Source: an uncultured Candidatus Rokubacteria bacterium (GTDB lineage Bacteria; Methylomirabilota; Methylomirabilia; Rokubacteriales; CSP1-6). From it: a DNA stretch of 64,000 nucleotides. Positions 21,360 through 30,653 of the stretch are shown piece after piece (the first letter of the stretch is position 1; each line of letters starts with the position of its first letter). The DNA lies in assembly GCA_963747235.1 (NCBI GenBank), contig CAVVEU010000008.1, positions 128,001 to 192,000 on the forward strand, written 5' to 3'. The translations under genes were made by a program, and so were the position numbers. The notes beneath the pieces are model-generated. The model made no database searches. It saw only the letters and a list, made by a program, of their open reading frames with translations, and had not been told where the DNA came from.

Positions 21360-22988
21360 CCGCGCCTTCTGCACCTTGTCGCCGTGCGGGCCCGGGGTCC
21401 GGGGCACGTCGGCCACCACGCGCACGTGGCGCGGCACCTTGAACGAGGCGATGCGCCCCCGGCAGTGCGCGATGACCTCCTCCTCCGTCACGCTCGCGCC
21501 GGGTCGCGGGATCACGTAGGCCACCGCCGCCTCGTTGGTGCGCGGGTCGGGGATGCCGATGACGAAGGCCTGTAGCACCTTCGGGTGCGTCTGCAGGTAG
21601 TCCTCGATCTCGCCGGGCGCCACCATGAAGTGGCTGATGCGCAGCACCTCGCGCAGGCGCCCGATGAAGACGACGCGGCCCGCGGCGTCGCGCACCGCCA
21701 GGTCGCCGGTCCGGAACCAGCCGTCGGGCGTGAAGGCCTTCGCGGTTTCCTCGGGCTTCTCGTAGTAGCCCTTCGTCACGAGCCGCCCGCGCAGCCAGAG
21801 CTCGCCCTCGTGATCCACCGGCTGATCCCGCCCGCTCTCCGGATCCACCACGCGCGCCTCGATGCCGTCGGCGGGCCAGATGCCGGCGCGGGCGCGGCTC
21901 TCGAGCGGCTCGTCGAGATCGTGCACCAGCGCCATGGCGTTGACCTCGGTCATGCCATAGGGCTGGAACGCCTGGCGCACGCCGAGCCGCTCCACCACCG
22001 CCTCGAAGAGACCCTGCACGCCGCCGCCGGTGGCCGCGAAGCCGCCGGTGCGCAGGCGCGAGCGATCGCGCCGCGCCAGGTCCGGGTGCTCGAGCATCGG
22101 GATCGCCATCGCGTCCACGCCGTTCCACACCGTCACGCGCTCGGTCTCCATGAGGCGGAGCGCGACCGCGGGCTCGAACGTCTCCATCAGGATCAGGGCC
22201 GCGCCGTGGCTGAGCGCGGCCAGGGGGATGCAGAGGCCGCCCCAGGTGCCGGACAGCGGCAGGGCGTGCAGCACGCGATCGTCCGGCGTCAGGCGCAGGA
22301 CCTCGCCGCACCACCAGCCGTGCGGCAGGCAGTTGTCGTGGGTGATGACCGCGCCCTTCGGGAACGACGTCGTCCCGGACGTGTAGAGGATGGTGAACGG
22401 ATCGTCGGGGCCCACGGACTCCGCGGCGCGGCCGAGGGCGGCCGCCCACTCGGGCGCGTCCCCGTCGTCGACCACGTCACGGAGGCGCAGGCATCCCGGG
22501 TAGGGATCGTCCGCGTCCACGATCACGCGACGGAGCAGCGGGAAGTCTTCCGCGAGGAGCTCGCCGGGCACGGAATCGGCCAAGGCCGGGAGCACCTCGG
22601 CGAGCGTCTCCAGGTAGTCCACCGGCCCCGCGTGGTCGGCGCAGACGAGCGTCGTCGCGTCCGACTGGCGCAGGATGTAGCGCAGCTCGTGAGCCTTGTA
22701 GCGCGTGTTGAGCGCCACCACCACCGCGCCGATCATCGCGCAGCCGTACTGGGCGAAGAGCCACTCGGGCCGCGTGGGCAGCCAGAGGGCGACCTTGTCG
22801 TTCTTCTTGACGCCATGGGCCAGCAGGCCGCGCGCCACGCGCTGCGCCTCGCGATGGAACCGCGCGTAGGTGATGCGCCGATCCGGCGCGACGATCGCCT
22901 CGCGCTCCGCCGCGCGCCCGGCCATCGCGCCGAGCATGTCGCCCACGGTCTTCCGCAGAAACGGATTGCCGTCTCCGGAGGGCAGCAT
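21330..22988 (-). CDS. AMP-binding acyl-CoA synthetase
   Basis: ILYTSGTTSFPKG, YGMTE, GWFRTGDL, FKVPRHV; start placed at the ATG 7 nt after a TAGCAT box (alternative 22997). Confidence 0.92.
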   Translation of the reverse strand: MLPSGDGNPFLRKTVGDMLGAMAGRAAEREAIVAPDRRITYARFHREAQRVARGLLAHGVKKNDKVALWLPTRPEWLFAQYGCAMIGAVVVALNTRYKAHELRYILRQSDATTLVCADHAGPVDYLETLAEVLPALADSVPGELLAEDFPLLRRVIVDADDPYPGCLRLRDVVDDGDAPEWAAALGRAAESVGPDDPFTILYTSGTTSFPKGAVITHDNCLPHGWWCGEVLRLTPDDRVLHALPLSGTWGGLCIPLAALSHGAALILMETFEPAVALRLMETERVTVWNGVDAMAIPMLEHPDLARRDRSRLRTGGFAATGGGVQGLFEAVVERLGVRQAFQPYGMTEVNAMALVHDLDEPLESRARAGIWPADGIEARVVDPESGRDQPVDHEGELWLRGRLVTKGYYEKPEETAKAFTPDGWFRTGDLAVRDAAGRVVFIGRLREVLRISHFMVAPGEIEDYLQTHPKVLQAFVIGIPDPRTNEAAVAYVIPRPGASVTEEEVIAHCRGRIASFKVPRHVRVVADVPRTPGPHGDKVQKARLRAMFLGER

Positions 22989-23041
22989 GGGCCACATGCT
23001 AACGCTTTACACCGGGCGCCGAATGTGGAAGATGGAAGCCG

Positions 23042-23629
23042 ATGAAGTGCCAGAACGTGCGGCGTACGCTGTCCCTCTTCGTCGACGGGAAGCTCGCGCT
23101 CACTGAGTGGGCCATCATTCAGGGGCACCTGCTCGAGTGCGCCGAGTGCCGGAAGGAGCTCGACCGGCTCCGCGGGCTGGCGGGCGTGCGGGCCCGCGCC
23201 CACCTGCGCCGCACGACCGCGATGACCGCGGCGGCGATGGCCGTGGTGCTGGCGGTGGCCACGGTGGGCGGGGTCTTCATCTATCACGGGAGCTTCCCCG
23301 AGCTGCCGTCGTGGGGGACGCCGCCCCCGCCGCGGGTCGCCATCCCGCCCGCGCCGGCTCCCGAGCCGGTCGCGCCGGTGACCGTCCCGGCTCCGTTCGT
23401 GCGATCCTCGCCCCCGCCTCCCCCGCGGGCCAAGGGAACCGCCGAGGCGACGCCCTGGGGGACGGCGCCTCCCGCGCCCGAGCCGGCCGCGCGCGCGACG
23501 CGCCCGGCGGCCACCGCCGAGGCGCCCACCGAGGACCGCATGCCGACCACGCAGGCCCGCCCGCCCGCGGTGGTGAACGCTCCGCCGGACGCGGAGGCGA
23601 TGCCGACCCAGAGGCCTTCCCGCCGGTAG
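23042..23629 (+). CDS. Zinc-finger (zf-HC2) anti-sigma-like membrane protein with Pro/Ala-rich tail
   Basis: MKC..VRRTLSLFVDGKL, HLLECAEC, one TM helix. Confidence 0.75.
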   Translation: MKCQNVRRTLSLFVDGKLALTEWAIIQGHLLECAECRKELDRLRGLAGVRARAHLRRTTAMTAAAMAVVLAVATVGGVFIYHGSFPELPSWGTPPPPRVAIPPAPAPEPVAPVTVPAPFVRSSPPPPPRAKGTAEATPWGTAPPAPEPAARATRPAATAEAPTEDRMPTTQARPPAVVNAPPDAEAMPTQRPSRR

Positions 23630-23644
23630 CGGGCGCCCGCCGGG

Positions 23645-23810
23645 CTAGGTGCGCTGGGCGTGGGTCTTCAGGTACTTGCCGACCGCTTCCAGCAGGAGCC
23701 CGAGCGCTTCCTTCTCGGTGCGCCCGGTCACGCTCACTTCCGGGTAGGACGACGGCGGTGGCCCGGAAGATCCCGCCCTCCTCCTGGACCATCTCGACCT
23801 CGATCCTCAT
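23645..23810 (-). CDS. Small HicB-like fold protein (frameshifted)
   Basis: MRIEVEMVQEEGGIFRA..YPEVSVTGRTEKEALGLLLEAVGKYL across two frames; ATGA coupling to the upstream gene. Confidence 0.55.
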
Positions 23811-24608
23811 GCCGCGCCTCCGCGGGAGGTGCGGGCGCGCTCGGCCAGGAAGAGGTAGCGCGAGAGGCTGAAGAAGTACTCGCCCCGCGCGGCCTGGCTC
23901 CGCACGTCCTCGGCCCACCGCGCGGCCTCGTCCTCGGTGATCCCGCCCCGGCTGGCCACGAAGCGCGCGACCACGTCGATCATGCCGGGGCTGTAGGTCT
24001 GCTCGCTCATCTCGACGTTGACCACCGGGATCATCGTCACGGTCCGCACCGCGAAGCCGCTCCGCCGCAGCAGCTCGGGCAGGTGCGCGGGCAGGTGGGG
24101 ATGGGCGAAGCGCTGCTCCCAGGCCCGGAGGACCCGGGCGGTGCGCTCGCGGTCGCCCGCAGTGCCAGACGCAGGACTCCCAGTCGGTGTCGAGCACGGC
24201 GAGGCGCCCGCCCGGCTTCAGCACCCGATACGCTTCGGCCAGCCCCCGCTCGACGTCGGCCATGTACTCGTAGACCTGCATCGCGGTCACGAAGTCGACG
24301 CTGCCCGCCGCGGCGGGCACCGCCTCGGGATCGGCCTGGCGGAACTCGGTGCGGCCGGTGACCGCGTCGTGCCGGGCCCGCTCCTCGCAGGCGATGATCA
24401 TGTCCGGCACCGCGTCCACGCCCATGATCCGGCCGGTGGGGCCCACGTCGCGGGCCAGCTCGCAGGCGAGGAGGCCGAAGCCGCAGCCGATGTCGAGGCC
24501 GCGCTCGCCGGTGCGGGGCGCGATGATGGCGCGGATGCGCGCGCGCTGCTCCGAGACGTCCGGGGTGGACCGCGCGGGATCGAGGAGGGCCGGGTTGGCG
24601 ATCGTCAC
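23807..24608 (-). CDS. UbiE-like SAM-dependent methyltransferase, frameshift near 24155
   Basis: LDIGCGFG, RVLKPGGRLAVLDTDW, GEYFFSLSRYLF. Confidence 0.88.
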
Positions 24609-24614
24609 GCCGGA

Positions 24615-24643
24615 ACGCTAACAGCGCCCGGCCCTCCCGTCAA
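24615..24643 (-). promoter_or_regulatory. Sigma70-type promoter, probably leaderless
   Basis: TTGACG-N17-TAGCGT-N6-GTG start codon. Confidence 0.65.
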
Positions 24644-24678
24644 CCGGTTGCGTCCCCGGGCCGCCCGCCCCCCGCCCG

Positions 24679-25062
24679 CTACGCGCGAGGCTTCTGCGCG
24701 AGGACCTGCAGGACGACCTGACGCATGTCGGCCAGGTTGAAGGGTTTCTCGAGCGCGGGCTCGCCGGTCTCGGAGAGGAAGGTCGCGTACTCCTCGATGC
24801 CGGTATTCGCGCTCATGAAGATGAACCGGGGCGGATTGTCCGCGTAGCGCTGGCGGATCGCGCGGTAGAGGTCGGGGCCCTCGAGGTTGGGCATGCGCAG
24901 ATCGGTGACCACGAGATCGGGGCGGTGCTCCTCGGCGCGCTGGAAGCCCTCGGCGCCGTCCGTCGCGCTGTCCACCTCGTGGCCGTCGCGCTTCAGCACT
25001 TCCACCAGCACGTCGCGGAGGTTGTCCTCGTCGTCCACCACGAGGATGCGGGCCCGCGCCAT
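24679..25062 (-). CDS. Stand-alone response regulator receiver
   Basis: ILVVDDE, DLVVTDLRMP, FMSA, EKPF. Confidence 0.92.
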   Translation of the reverse strand: MARARILVVDDEDNLRDVLVEVLKRDGHEVDSATDGAEGFQRAEEHRPDLVVTDLRMPNLEGPDLYRAIRQRYADNPPRFIFMSANTGIEEYATFLSETGEPALEKPFNLADMRQVVLQVLAQKPRA

Positions 25063-25063
25063 G

Positions 25064-26269
25064 CTAGCTCCGGGCGTCGAGGATGGCCTGCGCGATCAGC
25101 CCGGCGCCCTCGTAGCAGCGCTCGGGGGACTCGAAGCTGAAGGCCAGCCGGATGTGGCGCTCGCCGCCCCCGTTGGGGAAGAAGGACGTGCCCGCGGTGT
25201 ACTGCACGCGCGCCTTGACCGCCGCGTCGTACAGCTTCGCGGTGTCGGTGCCGGTCGGCAGCTTGATCCAGATGAAGAACCCGCCCTCGGGCCGGCTGAT
25301 CTCGACGTCGGTGTCCCGCAGCTTCTCCCACAGCCCGCGCAGCATGGCGTCGCGCTTGGCGCGGTAGACGTTGACGAGCAGGGCCACGTGGGGCGCCAGG
25401 TTGTCGCGCAGGAAGTAGGTGGCCACGCGTGACGCGAACGGATTCACGCCGCCCCCGAAGAGGAAGCCCTGGAAGGCGGGGATCATCTCCTTGGGCGCGC
25501 AGAGCCAGCCGAGGCGGAAGCCCGCGCCCAGGATCTTGGACACGGTCCCGGCGCGCATCACCCGCCCGCCGCCGTCCAGCGCGTAGAGCGAGGGCAGGTG
25601 CTCGCCCTCGAAGCGCAGCTCGCCGTAGGCGTCGTCCTCCAGGATGAGCGTGTCGTACTCGTGGGCGAGGTCGATCAGCTCCCGCCGCCGGCGCAGGGAG
25701 AGCGACGGCCCCGACGGGTTCTGGAAGTTCACGATCGTGTAGATGAGCTTGCAGCGGCGGCCCTGCTTCCGGAGCGTGGCCAGGTGCTCCCGCGCGACGT
25801 CCACGACGAGCCCGTCCTGATCCACCGGCACGTCGAGCACCTGCGGGCCGTGGCGGCGGATGGTCTGGAGCGTGCCGGAGAAGGTCGGGGCCTCGGACAG
25901 GATCACGTCGCCCGGGTCCACGAGGGCGCTGAAGGCCAGGGAGAGCGCGTGCCCGGAGCCGTTCGAGATGATGATGTTGTCGGGACCGACCTTGAGCCCC
26001 TCGAAGAGGCCGTACTTGTGGCACACCAGCTCGCGCAGGCCGCGGTAGCCCTGCGCCTCGCCGTAGGTGAGCGCCTCGGCGCCCTCGGCCCGGATCATCC
26101 GGGCGGTGGCGTCGATGAGGCCGTCGTAGGGGAAGGACGCGGGATCCGGGAGCCCGCCCCCGAACTCGTACAGCGCATTGGTGACCGGACGCGCGGCGGC
26201 CGGCGCGCCCCAGCCGATGCGGGCACGCGTGGACAGCAGCTCGACGAAGGAACGAGGGGCGGTGGTCAT
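25064..26269 (-). CDS. Class I PLP aminotransferase (2-aminoadipate transaminase-like)
   Basis: GGLPDPASFP, NFQNPSG, EDDAYGEL, SKILGAGFRLGW, PEGGFFIW. Confidence 0.92.
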   Translation of the reverse strand: MTTAPRSFVELLSTRARIGWGAPAAARPVTNALYEFGGGLPDPASFPYDGLIDATARMIRAEGAEALTYGEAQGYRGLRELVCHKYGLFEGLKVGPDNIIISNGSGHALSLAFSALVDPGDVILSEAPTFSGTLQTIRRHGPQVLDVPVDQDGLVVDVAREHLATLRKQGRRCKLIYTIVNFQNPSGPSLSLRRRRELIDLAHEYDTLILEDDAYGELRFEGEHLPSLYALDGGGRVMRAGTVSKILGAGFRLGWLCAPKEMIPAFQGFLFGGGVNPFASRVATYFLRDNLAPHVALLVNVYRAKRDAMLRGLWEKLRDTDVEISRPEGGFFIWIKLPTGTDTAKLYDAAVKARVQYTAGTSFFPNGGGERHIRLAFSFESPERCYEGAGLIAQAILDARS

Positions 26270-26279
26270 CGGGTGGCTC

Positions 26280-26990
26280 TCAGCGTTTCTTTGGTGGTGG
26301 GGAGTAGGTCGTGAGCACCTTGACGAAGGGCTGCGCGCCGGCGGGCACCGCGTAACGGCCGCCCAGCAGGACGTCGCGGGAGTCGGCCTTGGCGCCGTAG
26401 AGCGTGCGGATCGCCTTGCCGTCGGGCTGCACGGTGGCCCCCTCGAAGGAGGCGCCCGCGAAGAAGCCGGTGGAGCGCGCGTAGGAGAAGATCTCGGCCT
26501 TGAACGACCCGTCGGTGTTGGCGGCGTCGTGCAGGCTCTTGGGCCCCGCGGTCAGCGACACGTCGCCCCCGAGGGTGGTCTCGCTCTTGAGCAGGCTCTC
26601 CACGCCCTTGTCGCTCATGACGACCAGGACGAGGTCGATGACCTGGCCGCCGAGCTGCAGGCCGAAGCTGCCGCCGCCCACCGTGAAGAAGGCGGGCGCG
26701 CTCCAGCGCCCGTCGGAGGCCCGCTTGACGCTCATCACGCCTTCGCCGTGCCGGCCGCCGACGATCACCGCGCCCTTCTTCACCTGGGGGAAGACCGCGA
26801 TCGCGCGCGCCCGCGCCAGCATCTCGCGGGGGATCGCGGTGTCCTCCTTGCCGGAGGCCATCTCGCCGAGCACGGAGGTCGCCTTGCGCAGTCGCTCGCC
26901 GAGCTCGCCCGCGCTGTCGGCCCGGGCGCCGACGACCGGCCCGAGGAGGACCAGCAGCCCGAGCGCGGCGCCCCACGCGAGTCGTCTCAT
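26280..26990 (-). CDS. Secreted lipid-binding SYLF (Ysc84) domain protein
   Basis: Signal peptide; WSAPAF, GGSFGLQLGGQ..DLVLV, YARSTGFFAGASFEG. Confidence 0.9.
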   Translation of the reverse strand: MRRLAWGAALGLLVLLGPVVGARADSAGELGERLRKATSVLGEMASGKEDTAIPREMLARARAIAVFPQVKKGAVIVGGRHGEGVMSVKRASDGRWSAPAFFTVGGGSFGLQLGGQVIDLVLVVMSDKGVESLLKSETTLGGDVSLTAGPKSLHDAANTDGSFKAEIFSYARSTGFFAGASFEGATVQPDGKAIRTLYGAKADSRDVLLGGRYAVPAGAQPFVKVLTTYSPPPKKR

Positions 26991-27098
26991 AACACGAGGA
27001 TTTTAGCCCATTTCCGATCAGGCTGCCCACTTCGCGGGCGGCATTTGTTCGGCGCCTTTCGAGTTATCCTGAACCGGGAGCGATCCCGGGAGGGCCCC

Positions 27099-27921
27099 AT
27101 GAGGCTATCGAGACGGGTATTCCTCAGATCGGGACTGGGAGGCGTGGGCGGCTTGCTCGCGGCCGGCGAGGCGCACGCCTCCCTCGAGATTGCCAATCCC
27201 GACGTGCGACAGCGCCTGGTCATCGTCAACGCCGACGATCTCGGCCTGTCCGACGAGATCGACCGCGGCATCTTCGAGGCGCACGACCGCGGCATCGTCA
27301 CGAGCGCGAGCCTCCTGGTGGACGGGCCGCACGCCGCCGACGCGGTCCGGCTCGCCCGGCAGCGCCCCGAATCTCGGCCTGGGCATTCACGTGGCCTTCG
27401 ACGACCGCGGGCGGTGGCTGATCAACGTGCAGGATCCGCGGGTCGTGCAGCGGGAGGTGGCGCGCCAGCTCGACGCCTTCGTGCGGATGACCGGCGCCCC
27501 ACCCACCCACATCGACTCGCACCATCACGCCCACCGGTTCTTCAACGTGGCGCGCCACTTCATCGAGGCGGGCCAGCGCCTGGACGTGCCGGTGCGCGGG
27601 TTCTCGGAGGTCTTCTTCGTGGGGCGCTTCTGGGGGCAGCCGGAGCTCGGCCGCACCGACATGACGAAGATCAGCGTGGAGTACCTGCTCGCGCTGCTCC
27701 GGTCCCTCGGCCCCGGGATCTCGGAGGTGTCCTGCCACCCCGGCCACGTCGAGAGCCGCCCCGACGCGCTCTACAACCGGGAGCGCGAGGTCGAGCTGCG
27801 CTCCCTCTGCGACGCGCAGGTGAGGGCCGCGATCGCGGAGGAAGGCATCCGCCTGATCAGCTTCCGCGAGTACGCGCGGATCGCGGCTAGGCCACGACCT
27901 TCTTGTCGCGGAGCGTCTTGA
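27099..27921 (+). CDS. ChbG/HpnK (YdjC) family deacetylase with Tat-like signal, frameshift near 27370
   Basis: SRRVFL signal; IVNADDLG, TSASLLV, GIH, PTHIDSHHH, CHPG. Confidence 0.85.
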
Positions 27922-29077
27922 TGTCCCCCGCGGGGATTCCCAGCTCGCCCAGCACCTGATCGGTGTGCTCGCCCGAATGCGGGGCGGCGCTCCGGATCGT
28001 TCCCGGGGTGTCGGAGAGCTTGATGGGCTGGCCGAACTGCTTCACGATGCCGTGCACCGGGTGGCGCATCTCCACGATCATGTCGCGCGCCTGCACCTGC
28101 GGGTCGGCCACGACCTCCTCGGGCTCGTAGACCTTGCCGACGCAGACGTCGGCCTTGACCAGGAAGTCGTACCACTCGTCCCGGGTGCGCGTCCGGATGA
28201 TGGCCTCGATCTCCTCGCGGGCCGCCACCTCTTCCGCGTTGGCCGCCCGCACGAACTGGTCGGCCTTGCGGGCGAACTTCACCATGTCCGGCCGGTTGAT
28301 GGCCTTGCAGAAGTTCTCCCAGAGCCAGGGCTCGGTGCACCCGATGGTCAGGTGCTTGCCGTCCTTGGTGTCGTAGACCGCGTAGTACGGATAGGACCCG
28401 CCCAGGAAGCCCTCGCCGCGCTTGGGCGCCATCCCGTCGCTCCAGAAGAAGCGCATGTTGGGCGTGGCCGCGAGCAGGGCCAGCGAGGTGTCGAGGTAGG
28501 AGACGTCCACGTGCTGGCCCCGGCCGGTGCGCTCGCGCGCGAACAGCGCCATCATGATGCCGAGCGCGCCGTGCATGCTGGCCCCGCCGTAGTCGGCCAC
28601 CAGGTTGAGCGGGAAGATCGGCTTGCGGCCCGGCTCGCCGATGAGGTTCAGCACCCCGGCCATCGAGAGGTAGTTGCCGTCGTGGGCCGGGTAGTCCTTG
28701 TACGGGCCGTTGTGGCCGAAGCCGGAGAGCGAGCAGTAGACCAGGCGCGGGTTCGTGGCCGAGAGCGTCTCGTAGTCGCCGCCCAGGCGCTTCATCACGC
28801 CGGGCCGGAAGCCCTCCACGATGACGTCGGCGGTGGCCGCGAGCTTCTTGAAGATGGCCTGGCCCTCGGGCGCCTTCATGTTGAGCGCGAGCGAGCGCTT
28901 GTTGCGGTTGACATAGGCGAACGCGGCGCGCCGCTTGGTGGCGGCGTCCTCGGCCTCGGTGGGCGGCGTCTCGATCTTCAGCACGTCCGCGCCCATGTCG
29001 GCCATGAACATGCCGGGCAGCTCCGCGGGGGGAACCCGCGCCATCTCCAGCACCTTGATTCCGTCCAGCACTCCCAT
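27887..29077 (-). CDS. CaiB/BaiF family III CoA-transferase
   Basis: LDGIKVLE, ADMGADVLKIE, NRNKRS, EGFRPGV, GEHTDQVL. Confidence 0.93.
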   Translation of the reverse strand: MGVLDGIKVLEMARVPPAELPGMFMADMGADVLKIETPPTEAEDAATKRRAAFAYVNRNKRSLALNMKAPEGQAIFKKLAATADVIVEGFRPGVMKRLGGDYETLSATNPRLVYCSLSGFGHNGPYKDYPAHDGNYLSMAGVLNLIGEPGRKPIFPLNLVADYGGASMHGALGIMMALFARERTGRGQHVDVSYLDTSLALLAATPNMRFFWSDGMAPKRGEGFLGGSYPYYAVYDTKDGKHLTIGCTEPWLWENFCKAINRPDMVKFARKADQFVRAANAEEVAAREEIEAIIRTRTRDEWYDFLVKADVCVGKVYEPEEVVADPQVQARDMIVEMRHPVHGIVKQFGQPIKLSDTPGTIRSAAPHSGEHTDQVLGELGIPAGDIKTLRDKKVVA

Positions 29078-29088
29078 GGGGGCTCTCC

Positions 29089-29844
29089 TTACCGGTAGGC
29101 GTCGGGCGCCTTGACGGCCTTGTCCCAGAACGCGGGGTCGTGGCTCGGGAAGATGCGCCCGCCGGTGAGCCGGGCGAGCGTCTTGAGCCGCTTGATGCTG
29201 TGCATGGCCCGGGTCGGGTCCCACACGACGCCGGGCGGGATCTCCTCGTCGATCGAGCGCTGCCAGTAGCAGGAATCGCCGGCCAGGATCACCGGGCCGG
29301 TCCGGGGAAGCTCCACCAGCAGCGACTGATGCCCCGGGGTGTGGCCGTCGCTGCGCAGCGCGGTCACGCCCGGGACGAGCTCGGTGTCGCCGTCGAGCAG
29401 GCGCCAGCGGTAGCCGGGCAGGTCGAAGTTCTTGCGGTAGTAGTAGGAGGCGAAGAACGCGGCCGGGTACTGCGCGTACGCGTACTCCTCCTTCTGCACC
29501 ACCAGCTCGGAGGTGTCGAAGATCGCGGCCCCGCCCGCGTGGTCGAAGTGCAGGTGGCTCAGGACGACCAGGTCCACGTCCTTGGGCTCGAGCCCGATCG
29601 AGTCGAGCCGGTGCACGAGCAGATCCTCGTCGCCGAAGCGGCAGAGCGGGTCCTGGCGCACGAGGCCGGGGACCGCGCGGGGCGAGATGCCGGTGTCGAA
29701 GAGGATGGTCGCGTCCCCGGTGCGCACCAGGTAGCAGGTGACCGGGATGGCCACGCGCTCGGCCGAGCGGTCGCCGTAGAAGAGCCCCGCGGTCTCGAAG
29801 CCCAGGAAGCCGTTCTGCAGCGCGTAGAGCGCCTCGACCGCCAT
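29089..29844 (-). CDS. N-acyl-homoserine-lactonase-family metallo-beta-lactamase fold hydrolase
   Basis: SHLHFDHAGG, GHTPGHQS, LAGD, PSHD. Confidence 0.88.
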   Translation of the reverse strand: MAVEALYALQNGFLGFETAGLFYGDRSAERVAIPVTCYLVRTGDATILFDTGISPRAVPGLVRQDPLCRFGDEDLLVHRLDSIGLEPKDVDLVVLSHLHFDHAGGAAIFDTSELVVQKEEYAYAQYPAAFFASYYYRKNFDLPGYRWRLLDGDTELVPGVTALRSDGHTPGHQSLLVELPRTGPVILAGDSCYWQRSIDEEIPPGVVWDPTRAMHSIKRLKTLARLTGGRIFPSHDPAFWDKAVKAPDAYR

Positions 29845-29846
29845 GC

Positions 29847-30572
29847 TCAGGCGCGGGACTTGGCGGGGCGGCGGGCTCGGGCGGCCTTCGGGCGGGCGGC
29901 CGGCACCAGCGGGTCGTAGATCCAGATCTTGTTGGCGGCGCTGATCCCCATGGTGACGGTGCGGCCGTCCAGCATGATGGAGACGGTGCCCGCGTAGGGG
30001 GCGATCTCGCTCACCACGATGCGGCTGCCCGGCCGGATCCCGCTCTCCCAGAGGAAGCGCAGGAGCTGGCGGTCGGCCTCCGCCTCCTCGGTGATGCGCT
30101 CGACCACGAACGGGTGGCCCGCGGGGGCCTGGCTGAGCGGGATCGGGCTGTGCGCCTCGGGGGCGGGCATGCCCGGGATCGGGTTGCCGTGCGGGCAGGT
30201 GCTCGGCATGCCGAGGGTCTCGGCGAGCCGCTCCTCGACCACCGGGGAGAGCGCGTGCTCGAGGCGATGGGCCTCGTCGTGCGCGCGCGACCAGTCGAGC
30301 CCGAGCACGTCGGTCAGCCAGCGCTCGATCAGGCGATGCCGGCGCGCCATGGTCTCGGCGATGCCGAGCCCCTTGGTGGTGAGCCGGATCTCCTTGCGGC
30401 CCCCGAGGCGGATGTAGCCGTCCTTCTGCATGCGGCGCAGCGCCTCGGTGATGGACGGCGCGGAGACGTGCATGTGCCGCGCGAGCCGCGCGCCGATCAC
30501 CGGCTTGTCGGTGCCGGCCAGATCGTAGATCGCGCCCAGGTAGTCCTGGATCGCCGGAGTGGTCTCGTTCAT
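29847..30572 (-). CDS. DtxR/MntR-family metal-dependent regulator with FeoA domain
   Basis: QDYLGAIY, RRHRLIERWL, AHDEAHRLEHA, CPHGNPIP. Confidence 0.92.
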   Translation of the reverse strand: MNETTPAIQDYLGAIYDLAGTDKPVIGARLARHMHVSAPSITEALRRMQKDGYIRLGGRKEIRLTTKGLGIAETMARRHRLIERWLTDVLGLDWSRAHDEAHRLEHALSPVVEERLAETLGMPSTCPHGNPIPGMPAPEAHSPIPLSQAPAGHPFVVERITEEAEADRQLLRFLWESGIRPGSRIVVSEIAPYAGTVSIMLDGRTVTMGISAANKIWIYDPLVPAARPKAARARRPAKSRA

Positions 30573-30579
30573 GGCCGCC

Positions 30580-30608
30580 AGCATACCGACCGGCGCGGCG
30601 GCGGGCAA
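30580..30608 (-). promoter_or_regulatory. Sigma70-type promoter, probably leaderless
   Basis: TTGCCC-N17-TATGCT-N7-ATG. Confidence 0.6.
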
Positions 30609-30653
30609 GTCCCCGGGCGGCCGTGATATTCTTGCCCGACCAGGAGGCCGACC

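Noticed and set aside
29089-29844. Quorum-quenching aiiA assignment
   Set aside because: Family motifs are shared by many lactonases and there is no quorum-sensing context
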